Shown piece after piece: positions 12,687-26,350 of a stretch of 64,000 nt of DNA. Every line of letters starts with the position of its first letter. The stretch's first letter is position 1. The position numbers and the translations under genes are program-made. The notes beneath the pieces are model-generated. The model did not search any database. It saw nothing but the letters and a program-made list of their open reading frames with translations, and was not told the DNA's origin. The DNA is from the human T2T-CHM13v2.0 reference genome, Homo sapiens. The DNA lies in assembly GCF_009914755.1 (NCBI RefSeq), contig NC_060933.1, one strand, 5' to 3'.

Positions 12687-14489
12687 CATGCGTGTTCTTA
12701 CTGGCATCTAGATGATGAATCCTTTTCAGAAGGTTTCAATTCACTTTGCCCAGATCCATCAGAAGAATCACTATCTATGGCATCTATAGCCTTGTGAAAG
12801 ATATTTCTTAAATAACAAGAATTGAAATTCAAAATTACTCCTTGATCCATGAGCTGCAGAATGGATGTTGGGTTAGGCATGAAAACAACATTCATTTTCT
12901 TGTATATCTCCATCAGAGCTCTTGGGTGACCAGGTGCAGAGTCAAGGAGCAGTAATATTTTGAAAGGAATCTTTTCTTGAGGAGTAGGTCTCAACTGTGA
13001 ACTTAAAATAGTAAACCATGCTGTAAACAGATATGTTGTTATCTAGGCCTTGTTCTTCCATCTAAAGAGCACAGACAGAATAGATTCAGCATGATTCTCA
13101 AGGGCCCTAGGATTTTCAGAATGGCAAATGAGCAGTGGCTTCAACTTAAAGTAACCAGCTGTATTAGCCTCTAATGAAAGAGTCAGCTTGTCCTCTGAAG
13201 CTTTGAAGCCAGGCATTGACTTCTCCTCTGTGGCTATGAAAGTGTTAGATGGGATCTTCTTCCAGTATAAGGCTGTTTCATCTGCACTGAAAATCTGTTG
13301 TATAGCATTGCCACCTTCATCAATGATCTTAGTTAGACCTTCTGGATAACTCTCTGCAGCTTCCATGTCAGCACCTGCTGTTTCAACTTGCATTTTTATG
13401 TTATGGAGATCACTTCTTTCACTCAACTTTATGTGCCAACTTCTGCTAGCTTACAATTTTTCTTCTGTAATTTTCTCCCCTTTCTCAGCCTTCACAGAGT
13501 TGAAGAGAGTTAAGGCCTTGTCCTGGGTTAGGCTTTGGCTTAAGGAAATCTTGTGGCTGGTTTGATCTTCTATCCAGACCACTCAAGTGTTCTCCTTATC
13601 AGCAATAAGGCTCTTTTACTCCTTATTATTCATGTGTTCACTGGAGTAGCACTTCTCATTTCCCTTCAAGAACTTTTCCTTTGCATTCACAACCTGGCTG
13701 TTGGCACAAGAGCTCTAGCTTTTGACTGATGTCAGCTTTCGACATGCCTTCCTCACTAAGCTTGATCATTGCTAGCTTTTGATTTCAAAAGAGAGATGTT
13801 CATTCAATTCTTCCTTTCACTTGAACATTTAGAGGTCATTATAGGGTTATTAATTGACCTAACTTCAATATGGTTGTGTCTCAGGGAATAGGGAGGCCTG
13901 AAGAGAGGGAGAGAGAGAGGGTGAGTGGAGCAGTCAAAACAGTCACACACAGTCAACACACAAAATTCATCAATTAAGTTTGCCATCTTATATAGGTGCA
14001 GTTTGTGGTGTCCCAAAACAATTACAATAAAAACATCAAAAATCACTAATCACAGATCACAATTACAGATATATTAATAATGAAAATATTTGAAATTTTG
14101 CTAGAAATGCCATCATGTACCATGGAGACACAAAGTGAGCACATGTTGCTTGAAAAATAGTGCCAATAGACTCGCTAGACACAGGGTTGCCACAAACCTT
14201 CAGTTTGTTTTTTTTTAAAAAGCAATATTTGTGAAGTGCAATAAAGTGAAGCATAATGAAATGACATATGTCTGTAGTAACACGTGGAGGACAGAGGAGG
14301 GGCCAGAAAAGACTGAGAAGTGACATCCAGCAAGGTGGGGAGCTACTGGAGAGCATGTCTTCCTGGAGGTCAAGGGAAGAAAGTCTTTAGAAAAGGGAAT
14401 GTTTAGTGGTGTCGAATATGGTTGAGAAGTCATGGAAGATGATGCAAAATTTACCATGATCCTTTGAGGTGTGAAAGTTAAAGTGAGGT

Positions 14490-15122
14490 CATTGCAGGAC
14501 AGTTCTCTGGGTCGCCTTGGACCAACGCAATTCCTTCCTCTTTTTGCTTGTAATTCTCAAGCATAACTGTAGAATGTGCTGGGAATGCAATATCCTGAGA
14601 TAGAGAGGAGGCCAGGAGCAGCCTGGGCCTTGTTCCTATCCCTCCTAGGGAATGTAATATCTTGAGTTAGGGAGGAACTGCCTGGGACAGTCCGGGCTCT
14701 GTTCCTCTCTCCCCTGGAAGCAGGATGTCCATCAAAGCTTTGCCCAGTGAGTCCTGTTGCCCCTGAGGTCTATAACCCAGAGTGGGCTGCCTTTCGGGGT
14801 CTCTCAGGTTTTATGCAAAGTGGGAAACGTGCAGGCAAGACCCTATCTACCCCATGCAGTTATCTTGAGCCTTGGGGTACCAGCTTACAATGAATCCTAG
14901 GTTTCTCTTGTCCCTTGCTGCCTACCTGTAAGTAATAAACTTGTTGCACGTGAGTGTGTTCTGTTTCACCGGACTCGGGTGTTGGTAACACTGCAGTCCA
15001 AGATGCAGTGGGAGGAGTGCTTGGACTCCTGTTCCTGGTGGTTGGTGCAGTGATGGTCTCTGCTGCCCTCCATGCAGTGGGAGGCCTCCCTTGGGGCTAA
15101 TTGTTAGTGAACCTGCCTCCCA
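14490..15122 (+). mobile_element. ERVL-class solo LTR (family uncertain)
   Basis: TGTAGAATGTGCTGGGAATGCAA..CCTGAGATAG repeat unit, TATAA box, GTAAGTAATAAAC polyA signal, ends in CA. Confidence 0.7.
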
Positions 15123-15749
15123 GTCATCTCCTTCCCAGTGTTTAGTGTTGCCAGGCTTTCCCCGCAATCTGGCAGGTGCGAATGGCCTGTTATTGTTGTT
15201 TTAAACTCCCCTGAGATTTATACAGCTATTTTCCTTGAGATCCTGGGCAGGGATTAAGTAGGAAGATGGTATTTAGGGGCTGAAGGTGGACACTGAAGGT
15301 GCCCTCACTGATCTTGACTCTAGGTTTGTCCAGGGTCAGATGGTGGAGGAGGTATGCAGGAGCCTCCTATCTGCTTTAAGTAATTCTGTGTTTCAGGAGG
15401 TGAACACCAGAAGGTATTTCAATCTTCTTCACCTGTCTTATCATTAGTGGAGTGTCCTCTCAGATTTAAGCAGAAAGTTTTCTGTCCACCTGAGTCATCT
15501 GTATGCCTGCAAGCAATGCTGTGGCTTCATGGTTCCATTAGTGAAAATTTGTAGTTGGGGTGGAGGAGGGTACTATCAATTGCCATTTAAAACTGGAAAT
15601 GTCATTTAGAAATATTTGAATTTTTTAAAATGTCCAAACCACACCTATCACCTTTGTGTACCTGTTCTTTGTGTTTTAAATATGCATCTCATAGACACAC
15701 TCCTGCTTACTTAAGTCCTGAGGGTTTTCAACTTTCATTTCAACCTTCA

Positions 15750-16121
15750 CGTGATGGTTAATTGTATGTGTCAGCTTGGCTGGGCCAGATAGTTGGTTCT
15801 ACATTATTCTGGGTGTTTCTGTAAGGTCAGGGGTGGGGTTTGGATGAGATGAACATTTAACTTAGTAAAATGAGTAAAGCAGATTGTCCTCCATAATGGG
15901 CTGGACTTCATCCCATCAGTTGAAGGCTAGAATCAAAGGCCTGAAACAAAGGCTGATCCAAGTAAGAGAAAAGTCTCCTGCCTAAGGGCCTTCAAAATAG
16001 GACAGGACATTGGCTTTGCAGATTTTAGACCTGCTAGTCTCCATAATTCCATGAGAAAATTTCTCACAATAACTCAGTCTGTCTTTCTCTCTCTCTCTCA
16101 TTAGATAGATATATGATAGAT

Positions 16122-16154
<33 letters not shown>

Positions 16155-16243
16155 GATAGATAGATCGATAGATCGATAGATGATAGATATAGATTAGATA
16201 TTTCTCCTTGTTTCTGTTTCTCTGGGGAACCCTGACAAATACA
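15750..16243 (+). mobile_element. MLT2 (C/D-like) ERVL LTR containing a (TAGA)n microsatellite
   Basis: GTGATGGTTAATTGTATGTGTCAGCTTGGCTGGGCC start; TTCTGTTTCTCTGGGGAACCCTGAC.AATACA end. Confidence 0.88.
16102..16200. repeat. (TAGA)n STR, 8 perfect units at 16122-16153 plus variants
   Basis: direct reading. Confidence 0.95.
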
Positions 16244-16739
16244 ATGGGGAAAAACAGAAAAGACCCAGAAATTTGGCCAACAAGGCACTGTCACGTGGCA
16301 TAGGTGTTGCAGGGCCCCTCAACCCACCCGGCTGATGTGCCTGGCACAGGTGGGCATACACCTTGGCCCCTCTCTGCTTCCATTTTCCTATCCCATTAAA
16401 GAGTGGTTGGACTGGATGGTCCCTGCAGACTCTTTTAATTCTAATGTTCCAGGTTCCTTGAGATGCTGAGTTACTGAGAAGTGAACACAGCCAAGCCTCT
16501 ACACAATTTCCACCTTCTGAATTGGCATGGGGAATGTCCACTCCAGCACCCCCACCAAAAAAGAGGTTAACAGCAGATGTTGGCAAGGATGTGGGGAAAT
16601 AGGCAGGAGAAGGCTTCTAAACAGAGGGAACAGCATGATCAAAGGCACAGGGGTGGGAAATTGCTCACTGGATTCAGGGAAAGGAGTGGCCTAGGGGTGG
16701 CGGGATCACTAGGTGTGTAGAGGGAGGAATTTTGAGGTA

Positions 16740-16950
16740 CGCACAGCCCTTTGTGGTTTCCAAGGCCCTTTCACGCTCTTCTCATAACCACAGCATGAGA
16801 TCAATATTTTTTAATGCTTATTTTACAGAAAAAGAAACTGAGGCTCAGAGAGCAGAAGCTACTTTTCTAGGGTCATATGGCTGGGAATCAGCAGGGCTGA
16901 GATTTGAACCCAAATCTATCTGTGCTTTTCCTGATACCACAGAGCTTTAG
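16740..16950 (-). mobile_element. MIR
   Basis: TTTTACAGAAAAAGAAACTGAGGCTCAGAGAG...GATTTGAACCCA. Confidence 0.85.
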
Positions 16951-17729
16951 AGGCTGTATGACTGACCATACCTAGAAACCTATTTTGCATTTTCCTAATG
17001 ACAAAGGCATGTGCTATTTGTTAGACTAGCCATACAGTTGTTCTGATTCCACTGTCAAAGTGGGGGAGAAACAAATCCATCATCACTTCATCCAAGGCAT
17101 TTTTATTTTTATTCCCTCTTCTGCCAGCCCCCTGGGGAGCCTGGCAAGGGAGGCATATTTTGATTCTAACTGTGCTGTGTACATCCGTGCCCGCCTGCAT
17201 GTGCACAAGGTGAAGGAGAGAGTATAACTTTATTCTCGCTTGGGGGCAACTGGTTATGTCTGGAAACATTCGAACATCCCATAAAGCTCATTTCTTTTGC
17301 AAATGAGTCAGATAACACAGAATACTTCAAAGTGGAATTCCGCTGGGCTTTCCATCTGGCTGGCCTCTGGGGGAATGCGTGGTGCACTGCCTTTGTTAAT
17401 CAGGTTCTGGGAGTTTGAATTTTATGCTGAAATACAAATAACTGTGCGTTTGTGGGGAACAAAGCCAAGATATGATCTCAACTGCATTTGGACCGAAATT
17501 CCCATCTCCTGCTAAATGCTCTCTACCTTCCACATGGAGAGCAACAAACCCTTTCTTGCTCCAAGCAGCTGTGCTCTTTTATCCCCTGCATCTAGGAAGG
17601 CAGGCGTGGTTGAGGCATGGCTGCTCACCCTGTGGCTGATTGCTGTTGTCTGTGTGAGCCTCGCTTTCCTGTTTGCATGCACTCCTATAGGCCCCCACAG
17701 TCTTCAGAGTCCAGTTCCCTGGACAGTCC

Positions 17730-18243
17730 TGTGAACTGGATTGCTCCAGTCCACCCTCCTTCTGGTTGGAGAGGCTGGGCAGCTTAAGATGACATTTCCC
17801 AGATGCCCTGTGGTGAGAATCATGGATGGGAAGTAAGTACCATCCATTGGGTACACTCGTATGAGTTTTGCAAATCAGAAGTGCAGAAGCCCCACTTTCC
17901 TGACCCCTGCTTGCTGTTCTTCCAGCAAGCAAGGCCACAGAAACACAGTTTCCCTGCAGCAGGGTTCCCTGTCCATTTTCCAGCTTGCTGGTACCCAGAG
18001 CCTTTTGCAGCAGCAGCTGCAACAGTGGAAGTTTTAGCTTTTGTATTCAAGCAGAGCCCCAGTGGGTTCTCAGAGGCATTAGCAACCCCAGTGGTCAGTT
18101 TTGTGCAGTCCTGAGAGTTCTTCCTGGAGCCAAGTCCTTTAACCCTCCCAATGACTGGGTAAGCACCCATGCCCTGGTTAAATCCTTTCCTGCCTAAGGA
18201 GCCAGTGGGATTTGTGTTCCCTGCGTTGAATCTGCTTGATACA
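17730..18243 (+). mobile_element. old ERVL LTR (LTR33-like)
   Basis: ACATTTCCCAGATGCCCT near 5'; TTAAATCCTTTCCTGCCTAAG..GATTTGTGTTCCCTGC..TGATACA end. Confidence 0.5.
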
Positions 18244-18287
18244 CCCCTAGCCTGCCTTTGATAAGAAATTCAGTCTCTTCCTAAATA

Positions 18288-18578
18288 CAGTCATCTCTCT
18301 GAATCCAAAGAATGGTTGTGTCTATACTGAACACATACAGACTTTTTTTTATACAGTCATAATTCCCTAAACAATACCGTATAACAACTATTTACATCTC
18401 ATTTACATTGTATTAGGTTTTTAAAATAATCTAGAGAAGATTTAAAGTATAGGGGAGGATGTGTACAGGTTATATGCAAATACTACGCCTTTTGATATCA
18501 GGGGCTTGAGTGTCTGTGAATTTTGGGATTTGTGAGCAGGTCCTGGAACCAATCCCCCAGAGAGCCAGGGAGAGCTGT
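18288..18578 (-). mobile_element. MER2 (TcMar-Tigger MITE)
   Basis: GGTTATATGCAAATACTACGCC..GTCCTGGAACCAATCCCC is the reverse of the MER2 5' end. Confidence 0.85.
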
Positions 18579-18699
18579 GCTGCTTAGGATTTTTGCATCT
18601 GGGGTGGAGGTGGGGAATTTACATGTCATTGTCTGCTATCTCTTGTTCCAAAATTCCATAGTAGCTTCCACTCTGCCACCTTTGGTTGCCTCTTCACTA

Positions 18700-18736
18700 T
18701 GTGTGTTAGTCAGGCTTCTCCTGAGAAACAGAGTCA

Positions 18737-18786
<50 letters not shown>

Positions 18787-18820
18787 GGAGAGAGATCTAT
18801 TTTAAGGAACTGACTCACTC
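18700..18820 (-). mobile_element. MLT2 3' fragment with (GT)20 at 18743-18782
   Basis: TTAGTCAGGCTTCTCCTGAGAAACAGA..TTTTAAGGAACTGACTCAC. Confidence 0.75.
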
Positions 18821-20653
18821 AAGTGTGTCCCCTCCCTCCCAGCTCCAGCTTGGGTGCTGCCCCTGCCTAGCTGAGGCCTCCACGCCGTGGCTCACCACAT
18901 AGAGACACAGGTTTCTCCGTGTCTCCGGATCCATGGGATTTCCTTGATCGGCTCTGCCCCTGTGGATTCCTGGTGAGTCATGGCATCCTCTTTGCCTCCA
19001 TTGCTCCCAATTATACAACAGAATGGTGGGTGCAGCCAGGCTCCTACCAGGACCCTGGGGCTTTTCAGGGGACCCTGCACCTGGGACCCTCCAGAAGCTT
19101 GGATTCCAGAGACCAGCTTCAAAATGAGACTCATGCCCACCAGAAGCTTTCCTCACATGGCCAGCCTGGGCTCCCACGGCAGGTTCTGGAGCCCTCTGAT
19201 ACATCCCTGTCTTCCTCTTCTGCTCAATGGCACCGACAGGGCAAATATGAGAGTCCCTGGCTCCTGTGAGCAGCCTTAGCTTCTGGGAGACTCCAGCAGC
19301 CCCCTCCAGAGTGGCTCAGCCAGCAGCCTCTGCTCAGTTCCCTTCAGGACAGCTCCTGGCAGCTCCCCTCGGCTTCCATTGGCTGAGGTTTCTTCCTCCT
19401 TTGCAGTGCTGGGCAGGACTCTGGGCTGCTCACCACCCCTGGGAAAGGAGCAAGGGAGTGGCCAAGCTGTCTGTGGGATGCGGCTTCAGGAGAGGGCCCA
19501 CCACGAGAGAGCCAGAGTCACAGCCGGCGGCTCCATCAGAGGGCTGGACCCCTAGAGTGGGCTGGGCAGAGGGCTGCTCTCCTGCCTGCTCGTGATGTCT
19601 CTCAGTTCTGCACTCATTCTATTCCTCGTGCATCTTTGCATTCTGGTCTCAACAGCTCTCACGGTAGCATGTTGACTTCCCTGCTGACGCTATTGGTGGG
19701 TGTACAAAGGGCAGCCTGGCCTCATACCACCCACTGCACTTTGCTCAGCACTGTCAACACGGACACTCAGAGAGTAAGAAGGACCCTGCTTCTGCCCACA
19801 GCACCTTGGGGGCTTTCTCCAGGAGTCCCCTCCCTGTCGCTTCTATCCTGAGTCAGTCTTGGGGTTACCAGGGAGCAGGAAGCACACAGCACAAGGACAG
19901 AATGAGTGAAGCAGATGAAAGCCACTTGTGTAGCACCTGGCATCATCATAGGTGCTCAGCACTGAACCAGCAGGGGCTGGGAGGCAGAGAGAGAACCACA
20001 CCACACACCCAGCTCCCCGCCTCCCAGGTCACGGCTCCGTTTTCTGTTGGGCCCTGTGTGCCTCACTAATGTCAGCATTTGCCAAACGGTGAACTGCAGA
20101 AATCACGTCAAATGTACATCTGACCCTAGATACGTGGCATCCCCCTACCCATGGCAAGCATCTTCTTGGTCTATTTCTTGGCTCAAGGAGTCTCTTTATG
20201 CCTTAGCACCTCCTTAATGGCCCAAGGTTCTAGACTTCTGCAGACAGCATGGCACTGCCTCCCCTTCATCAGCTCTGTGCTACTTCCAGCCCTGGCCTGC
20301 CTTGAGGCTTGAAGAGGAAACCCTGGGAGGCCCCATGGTGGAAAACGGAGAGGAATGGGCCAGGCCGAACCCTGGGCTTCTACCTCACTTTGCTCTGCCC
20401 AGCTGTGGGAACCCAGGAAGGTCACAGCTCAAGCATCAGTGTCCCATCTGCCACCGGAGAGGTTATGGGTCTCAAATGCCAGCCTCTGAGGCATTTGGTC
20501 CCCTCACCTCCTGGACACAAATAGAAAACTCACTGAGTCCTGCTTGCATTTACACACCGAGCTGGTCTTGTGATGTCTCCCCTTAGCATGGCTTTGTTCA
20601 ATGTCCCTCTGCTTGTCACAGTGCCACTTATTATGCTCTGTCTAGACTGCCTA

Positions 20654-20976
<323 letters not shown>

Positions 20977-21619
20977 AAACTGCCTCACAAAACTGAATGC
21001 CCAGGACGGGGAAGGTGTTGCTGAGCAGACGCCCTGTGGAAAGGCCAAGGGTGTTACTCAGCCATGGACACAGTGAAAGTGGGTGCCACCCACAACCATT
21101 CCCAAAGCTTGGCTCTATAAATCCTGGACCCCTGAGCCATCAATTTGAACACCCATGTATTTATGCCAAAGCATCCTTCCCTTTTCCAGCTGAGCTACAA
21201 TACGAATTCAAGACTCCTGGCCATCTCCATATACCCTCTGCTTCAGAGACATTATTAAGCTACTTATAATTAGGAATAATAACGCCTGCAGATGCATTTT
21301 AATACAACCCACAAAAGGAGCTGTGTGGGTTTCTTCGTTCCCCAGCACGAAAGCAAACAACTCTTCCCCTGTTGTCTAGATCCAACTGCTTCACTTTCCA
21401 ACAGCTGCTCTGACAGATGAGGGACAGGCAGAAGGTCAGAGTGAGCTGACCGACTTCCAGGCACAAAGGACAAAAGGATCTGAAATGTGGAGGGACTCAT
21501 TGGAGGTCCCCGGCAGCTGGCTGAATTGTCTGGCTCTACACAGTGGGGAAACCGTGAGAAAGAGGGAGATGTCTCCTTTCAAACCTGGGCACTGGAACTT
21601 TCCTGGCTCTGACATCATC

Positions 21620-22097
21620 TTTTTTCTTCTTCTTTTTTAGTTTTATTTTACTTTAAGTTCTGGGATACATGTGCTGAATGTGCAGGTTTGTTACATAGGT
21701 ATACATGTGCCATGGTGGTTTGCTGCACCCATCAAGCCATCATCTAGGTTTTAAGCCCCATATGCATTAGGTATTTGTCCTAATGCTCTCCCTCCCCTTG
21801 CTCTCTAACCCCCAACAGACCCCGATGTGTGATGTTCCCCTCCCGGTATCCATGTGTTCTCGTTGTTCAACTCCCACTTATGAGTGAGAACATGTGGTGT
21901 TTGGTTTTCTGTTCCTGTGTTAGTTTGCTGAGGATGATGGTTTCCAGCTTCATCCATGTCCCTGCAAAGGACCTGAACTCATTCTTTTTTATGGCTGCAT
22001 AGTATTCCATGGTATATATGTGCCACATTTTCTTTATCCAGGATTATAAATCATTCTACTATAAAGACACATGCATACATATGTTTATTGCAGCACT
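21620..22097 (-). mobile_element. 5'-truncated, 5'-inverted L1PA8-like element
   Basis: antisense 3'UTR (TAGGTTTTAAGCCCC..ATGCATTAGGTATTTGTCC) to 22040, then sense L1 segment GGATTATAAATCATTCTACTATAAAGACACATGC. Confidence 0.88.
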
Positions 22098-22429
22098 TTT
22101 TGCTTTTTTACAATCAGCCTGCCAGAGGCTGGTCCACAGATTGTGGAAGCAGAAAGTGACCTTCCTCTCATCTGGTCCAACTCCCTCATTTTGGAAACTG
22201 AGGCTTGGAATGAGGAAGAGATTTGGCTTCAAATGTCAGTAGCCAAAGACTGGGCCCAAGGTAATTGAAATATAAATAATGCAATGATCATCTGCCCTCC
22301 CAGCATTCCCTCACGACAGCACCCAACTCTAGCTTTTGATGAAGGAGCCAAGACCCAGAGAGGTGGCATCATTTACCCCAATGGCATCGTATGACCAGCA
22401 CAATGAAGGAAACCAAAGGGGTATTGTGA

Positions 22430-22590
22430 CTTTTCCTCCCTCTTTCCCCTCCTTCTTTTGTTCTCTCCCTTCCCTTTCCTTCCCTTCCCATCTCTTCCTT
22501 CCTTCTCCATTTTCCTTCCCTCCCTCCAAACTTGTCTTTCTCTCTTCCTTTCTTTCTCTTCTCCTTCCTTCTTTCCTTTCTCCCTTTATT
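22430..22590. repeat. CT-rich polypyrimidine low-complexity tract
   Basis: CCTT/TCCC/CTTT runs. Confidence 0.85.
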
Positions 22591-23819
22591 AAAAAAAAAA
22601 AAAAGGTGTTCTTTTTCCATCCCACAGATTGGATGAAAAAAAAAGTTTAATGCATTTCAAAAATATTCATGCTCAAGGATCGTTCAAGACATCTGGACCT
22701 TTTAAAAAGTTGTTACAATTTTAATAAATAGGATGTATTTTAAAATATGTGAAAAAGACATTCCATTTAGTTAAGATCAGAAACTCGTTAAATTGCCTTT
22801 AAGATCATTTCTCTATTATATTTTTAACCAAGGTAAATTTCTAAGGGTTTTCGTTATATTATTTCCATATCGTTCTCCATAATCACATACATTTGATGCT
22901 TTCTAAAGCCTTCATAAATATCACTGAAAATATTTGTCCCTTTTTGTATTCTAAGTATAGCCCACATTCAGCAGACTTGTAGCAAACACACATTTAGGCA
23001 AGAGGATGAGGAGTGAGGAAACTAGATCCTGATGTCAGACAACTGAGCTGAAACTGGATTCCGGGACTGAGTGTGTGCCAGACCTCATCCAGGTGTGCAA
23101 ATATGGAGGTATGCCTGGTCGCCACTCCAAGAGGCTTGCAAACTAAAGGCTCTAGGGACACGTGAATAAAAGGAGGAAGCAAGTATCCCAGGTGCTGTGA
23201 ATCTCTCGAGAAGGGTAAGGGGCTGCTGAGGCAGGTCAGTTCCACTGGCGGCAGCCGGAGTGCAGCCAGAAGGAAACGCTCAGAGGTCCATGCAGGAGTT
23301 TTGCCAGAACCTTAAAACAAGTAGGCATCGGAAAAGGGCAGTGCAGGCAGCAGGAGCCACACAGTGGAAGGCTTAGTGGTATTGAAGAGCGTCCTGTGTC
23401 TAGGAGATAGCATGTGTCTCCCGTACAGGACTGGAGCCTAAGATACAGGCACAGGGAAAGGGATGAAGCATGGGGAGACTGAAACACTGATATTACGCAC
23501 CTGAGCTGACACTCGATGCCAGCACTCAGATTCCCTGGCCATTCTGTTTTTTTAGCGAATCAAAATGTCCTGATCAATGTGCACCCTATTTCCCTGTGAT
23601 CTGCACCCCCAGGGGCCTCCAAGGAGCAGATGGTGAGGATGGGTCAGTACTAAACCCCCGCCTGACCTGGCAGGTCCAGTGCCAACCACCAGGCTGCCAG
23701 TCAACGAGCAGGTCCCTACTCCTCTCTGGACTTCCGTGACCCCATCGGAATAGTGTAAGGCTCTTTTCAAAACCTGTCAGCTCTGACAGTCTCAGCTCCA
23801 GGATTCAAAAGTCAATGCA

Positions 23820-23975
23820 GGCCAGGCGCTGTGGCTCACACCTGTAATCCTAGCACTTTGGGAGGCTGAGGTGGGCAGATCACTTGAGAAAAGGAGGTTG
23901 AGACCAGCCTGGGCAACATGGCAAGACCTTGTCTCTATTAAATTAAAGATTAAAATAGAGTTTACAAATTAAAAA
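23820..23975 (+). mobile_element. FLAM_C / Alu left monomer
   Basis: single monomer ending GACCTTGTCTCTA plus A-rich tail. Confidence 0.88.
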
Positions 23976-24584
23976 ATGTCAACACAAAGTAAACTTTATA
24001 CTTTGTGAGCTGAGCAGGTGGCCAGCTTGCCGCCCAGCTGCTCAGCCTGGCACCAATGGCTTGTCCTGCACCAGTGCTTGGCATGGGGTCAGGAGGACAG
24101 TTTGGGAAGAGTCTCCAGCAGACCGGCGTGCCTGGTCTCACAGATGACTTCCCAACCCCGTGCCAATGGGAAACCAACAGAGGCAAGTGGCCAGGGTGGA
24201 GAGCCTGGGAGGCAGAGCAGGTGGCCCTGGCACAGCAGGTCTGGGTAAGTCATGTCTGGGCATTGTTCTGGGGGCTGTCGGGCTGCTGGAGCAAGGGAAG
24301 GGAACACAGGCATGAATGTGTTCAGTGCACAATGGGAGAGGGTCTGGTAGGGGCAGGGGCACTGGATCAGGCCAGCTTTGCAAAGCAAGATTGCTGCCTG
24401 CAGACTGGACAAGGGACAGGCAAGGCCATAGCCAGTGCCCAGGTTCCCCGCCCTGCAATGTGGCTGCAGGAAGGATGGTCCACCAGGCAGGAGGAAAGGG
24501 GCTGAGGGACAGAAATTTACCTGTCAGAGGATAAGGAGGCAGGGGGCAGTGAAGATGGTAAGCTGATGGAAAGGGAGGTCATAT

Positions 24585-24770
24585 CCAAGTTCTGTCATTG
24601 ACTCCCTGAGTGACCCTGAACATGTCCTCCTCCTCTCTGACCCTCAGTTTCCTTGGAAACATAATGGGGATAATTGTTACTGGTTCTGCCTTACCCACAG
24701 GAATCTTGTGAAAAGACAAAATAATGAGCCAGATAATGGATGTTCCAGGGCTTGTAAATGGTCAAGGCTG
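24585..24770 (+). mobile_element. MIR/MIR3
   Basis: CTCTGACCCTCAGTTTCC..AATGGGGATAAT. Confidence 0.7.
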
Positions 24771-25098
24771 GGCTAAGCCCCTGCCGCACTTGGCCTCATG
24801 GAATCCCAGCCTGTAGTCAATTCACAATTTCTCTGTGGCAGGATTGAGTGGCGACAATAGGTTGTGGAGGACTGTGTGTGGCTGTGGCCTATCTTGAAGC
24901 GGTATTTCCATGCCACTCATCAGGAAAAATTGGGAAAGACTTTAAAATGGGCAAAACATGATCACTAGATGTTCTTCTAAAGCATCCTTTTGGGTTATCT
25001 GCTCCTTTAACTGTTTTCAAGCTATCTTACAATTTTATATGTTGTAGACAACTGATAGCAATGCAAATAATTCCAGTCCATAGAAGTACAAATGAATT

Positions 25099-25411
<313 letters not shown>

Positions 25412-25610
25412 TTACCCACTGGAGATGCAATTGCTTATTGCTCTGGGGATGTTGATGACATTTGTATCTATTTCAACATTCTTGATTGCCTACTTGTGCA
25501 GTTCTGTGAATTCTCCTTTGAGTGAGTTGTAACAGCGGATGGATCCCCTCATTTACTGAGTTAAATGAAGTGTTTGATACATGTTCTTTTTATATTTATA
25601 TTTGAATCAT

Positions 25611-25860
25611 TGTATTCATTTTCTATTGCTGCATAACCAATGACCATACATTTATCAGCCTAAAACAATACCCATTTGCTTGTTTGCGGTTCTGTAGGTC
25701 AGAAGCCTGAGCATGGGATGACCGTGTCCTCTGCTCGGGTCTGCTGAACTCAAGGTGTCAGCCAGGCTGCACTCCATTCTGGAGTCTCTGAGGGAAGAAT
25801 CCACTTCTGAGTTCATTCAGCTTGTTGGCCAAATCCACCTCTTTGAGGCTGGAGGGTTGT
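25611..25860 (-). mobile_element. MLT1 (E/F-like) LTR fragment
   Basis: TTTCTATTGCTGCATAAC..TTCTGTAGGTCAGAAG..TCAAGGTGTCAGCCAGGCTG. Confidence 0.8.
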
Positions 25861-25964
25861 AGAGCATTTCCTTTTCTCTAAGGCCCACAAAGCAACCTCT
25901 ATTCATTCCTTAACACCCAACTCAAATATCAGGTCTTTGGGGAACCTTCCTTCAGCAGCAGCCC

Positions 25965-26350
25965 AGCACAGCAGTGGGAAGAAAATGGGCTTTGAAGTTC
26001 ATTGGAATTTTGCTTCTGCCATTTTCAAGCTGAGTGGCCTTGGGCAAATTATATAAGCTCTCTGAACCTTTGTTTCCTCATCTGTAAACCAAGTACAATG
26101 CAGTCTTCGATAGTAAGTGCATCTGACTGACTGATAAGCAGAATAATAATAAAAGCAGTGACCACATATGGTATGCTTGCCATGTGCTGGACACTAAGCA
26201 TGGCTAAGTGCTTTATATGCCTTTTTCACTTAATCTGCCTACCAACCCAATAAAGGAAATTCTATTATTACTCCATTTTGCTGATGAGAAAACTGAGGTT
26301 TAAATAAGTTGAACCCAGTCTTACCTGTCGCCAAATCCTGTGCCCTTGGT
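25965..26350. mobile_element. two MIRs in opposite orientation (+ ~25965-26110, - ~26140-26350)
   Basis: GTTTCCTCATCTGTAAA and CCATTTTGCTGATGAGAAAACTGAGG cores. Confidence 0.8.

Noticed and set aside
12698-13426. Transposase-like ORFs as a functional TIGD gene
   Set aside because: Split across frames, Alu-interrupted and inside a TIR-bounded Tigger1 fossil.
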